Of a DNA stretch of 64,000 bases, positions 62,031 through 64,000 are shown piece by piece. How positions within the stretch are numbered: the stretch's first letter is position 1; the number at the start of each line of letters is the position of its first letter. Under the pieces are notes generated by a model. It saw nothing but the letters and a program-made list of their open reading frames with translations. It searched no databases and was not told where the DNA came from. The stretch is from Eledone cirrhosa. Its lineage: Eukaryota. The translations under genes and the position numbers were made by a program. The stretch lies in the NCBI GenBank assembly GCA_964016885.1, contig OZ024744.1:25792001-25856000 (forward strand), written 5' to 3'.

Positions 62031-63425
62031 TATTGGAAAAGAATACGAATTCATGACCAAGGTGTGATAAAATAGGCGTCTATACAGCGCCTGAAACAAA
62101 CTTGTCCAAAACCCTAGGATTTTTCTCGTTAAGTATCCACCCAAAAGGAACCGTTTTTTAGTTACAAAAAGTAACCAAAGTGTATAGTAGCTATATTTCT
62201 GACATATCATGCCAAAAAGAACAATATATTCAAAAAATGTTCTAAAGTACATTCAACCTCTCTTTTTGACCGATATCTTAATAAGCAAGTTATCGATTTT
62301 TTATTGGCTGTCAGTGTCTATCTGCATGCAGGTGTGCACGTGTGCGCAATTAATTGCAAATACGCTCATAACATTTAGTCGAAAGCAGAACAACACATGC
62401 CATTAGAGGTGGGCTAATAATGAAGACACAAACCCTGGTGAACTTACGTTTAAACACCCGAAAAGTTACTCACTTCCTGTGCAAAAGACTGTATTATAAA
62501 TTAAGTGATTTTTTAGAATCTTTTGTTTAAAAAAGGAAAACATTGGTACGGCGTAACATTTTTTACAACTTTGTATGTGTACAATACAACTTGGTCAACG
62601 TATTATTTAGTATTTTTTTTTTCAAAAAGCATCATTATTTAAGACTGTTTGAAAATTTACTCACAGCTTTTAGCATCACAAAAGACACCATTAAATTTGG
62701 TTCCCTTTTCAGATAGGGATAATACTGTATTTCCACTTGAATAAGGTGGAATATGAAAAGATAAACTCTTTAATGGTCGGTCATTTACTGAGACAGCTGG
62801 GAAGACATGCAGCTGACCGTCCAATCAATAACGCACGTCCTTATATGGGCATATGCAATTTATTTTTATTGCGCCAGATGTAAACTAAGAGTTCTTGTGT
62901 TCGAATTCACATAAAATTTCATTGGAATCGAAAAACATTCTGTCATAGTGCCCGATTATCGATATCTCAAGTAGCCTATTCCACTCTACGCGTTGAGTTT
63001 TATATATGTGTGAGGTTTCATGAAAATTGGATGAACGGTGTAGCATGCAAGTTGGGAACACCAAACAATGTCCATCTTCCCTTTATATATATAGATATGA
63101 AAAAAAAAATTGGCTTTGTAGTTGCTAGATAAGATATGCTCAAAAATAAGAATAAGAAGAAAGCAAGAATGAGGGAGCTTCCTCATCAGTTGTCTACTGG
63201 GGGTCTCGGATACATACATATATATATATATATATATGTCTCCTCTACCCCTCTCCTTCCATCCACCCACCACTACTACCCCCACACGCCTCACCACTTG
63301 TTTCATATTTATTTTTTTAACCTCTTTTTCATTTATTTTCCTTCCCTTCATTTCCCCCCTTTTAATGTCTTTCCACCCCCACCCCCCATCACACCCTCGG
63401 AACTCTTTTCCTTGTAACTTTTCTC

Positions 63426-63454
63426 CTGATGAAGAGATTATGCCCGAAACGTCG
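63426..63454 (+). ncRNA. Minimal hammerhead ribozyme core motif (Penelope pLTR type), degenerate
   Basis: CTGATGA-A-GAG-ATTATG-CCC-GAAAC-GTC has intact core boxes and a palindromic AC/GT stem III. One stem II mismatch. Stem I not evident. Confidence 0.55.
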
Positions 63455-63537
63455 TCCCCCACCCCCACTCTCAAGTATGAACCTAATACTAACACTTTGT
63501 ACTGCACTCTTCGTTATTGTTTTTGTTTTCTGTTTTA

Positions 63538-63543
<6 letters not shown>

Positions 63544-63622
<79 letters not shown>
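63544..63622. repeat. (AT)n(AG)n microsatellite
   Basis: Read directly. Confidence 0.97.
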
Positions 63623-63626
<4 letters not shown>

Positions 63627-64000
63627 GCTGATATCTTCCGATACCTACGTGATCAGATTAGTAAGGGAGGAGGGTGGGTGCTCCGAAGCCTTAATATCTT
63701 GAATAAGGACAGGATGGAAGAAGTTTGGGGAAAGCTTTCCTCTGTTGACAACAAAGAGTTTCTCCCTATGAACGAAAGGCCGGTTATATGATGCCTGTGT
63801 GTGATGCGCAATGTTGCATGGTAGGAGACATGGGCAGCAAGTGCAGAGGATATTCGACGGTTGGAGAGAAATGAAGCAAGCATGCTCCCTTGGATGTGCA
63901 ATGTCAATGTGTGTGAACGACCAAGCATAGACGAGTTAAGAGAGAAACTGTGTATAAGAGGGATAAACTGTAGTGTACAGGAGAACAGACTGTGTTGGTA
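63623..64000 (+). mobile_element. RTE-clade LINE fragment (RT thumb region), degenerate, continues beyond the window
   Basis: FRYLRDQISKGGG...IRTGWKKF...TKGRLYDACV...MLHG.ETWA...RLERNEASML.WMC...ELREKL...NRLCW, read across frameshifts. Confidence 0.8.

Larger units (their letters stand above)
60596..63095 (-). mobile_element. Non-autonomous Helitron (2.5 kb)
   Basis: The minus strand begins TCTATATATATAAAGGG (63095) and ends GCCCGGGTACTTCTGCTAG (60596), inserted between A and T with no TSD. Contains a Helitron-type N-terminal coding remnant. That the two termini belong to one element is inferred. Confidence 0.7.

Noticed and set aside
63165-63210. Minus-strand CTGATGAG as a third hammerhead
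   Set aside because: No downstream stem II plus GAAA box could be found.
62986-63791. ORFs of 90-170 aa near the right end as host genes
   Set aside because: They run through microsatellites and low-complexity tracts with no recognisable domain. Only the portion after 63623 has RTE homology.

Overview
Eukaryotic (animal) repeat-rich DNA with no intact host gene. The SINE and LINE types suggest a cephalopod (Octopus-like) genome, which is inferred from recalled repeat sequences. Bases 1-37934 are a G-poor composite satellite: a 28-bp monomer interleaved with seven blocks of a related ~51-bp monomer, with kb-scale higher-order duplications. Bases 37935-57059 are a ~19-kb array of seven non-LTR retrotransposon copies with no unique DNA between them. 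Four are Tx1/L1-like APE-endonuclease elements, all on +. Three are R4/Dong-like restriction-like-endonuclease elements from two families, all on -. All junctions but one are (ATT/TAA)n tracts. The Tx1 copies share non-coding signals that protein constraint does not explain: a GGTAAGT splice-donor-like motif overlapping the ORF1 stop 39-40 nt before the ORF2 ATG, a multi-hairpin 5' UTR including a cUUCGg tetraloop, and a CCTAT-loop 3' UTR stem. Their 3' terminus resembles that of a nearby SINE remnant. Bases 57060-64000 hold decayed elements: a SINE remnant, an Hsmar2-like mariner whose C-terminal coding sequence has amplified into a 9x70-bp minisatellite, inverted Penelope-like RT and GIY-YIG pieces with hammerhead motifs, a 2.5-kb Helitron carrying a spliced STPR-repeat gene remnant and a nested MITE, and an RTE LINE fragment. 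All coding regions are disrupted. Everything was read by eye; no alignments, folding or database searches were run.
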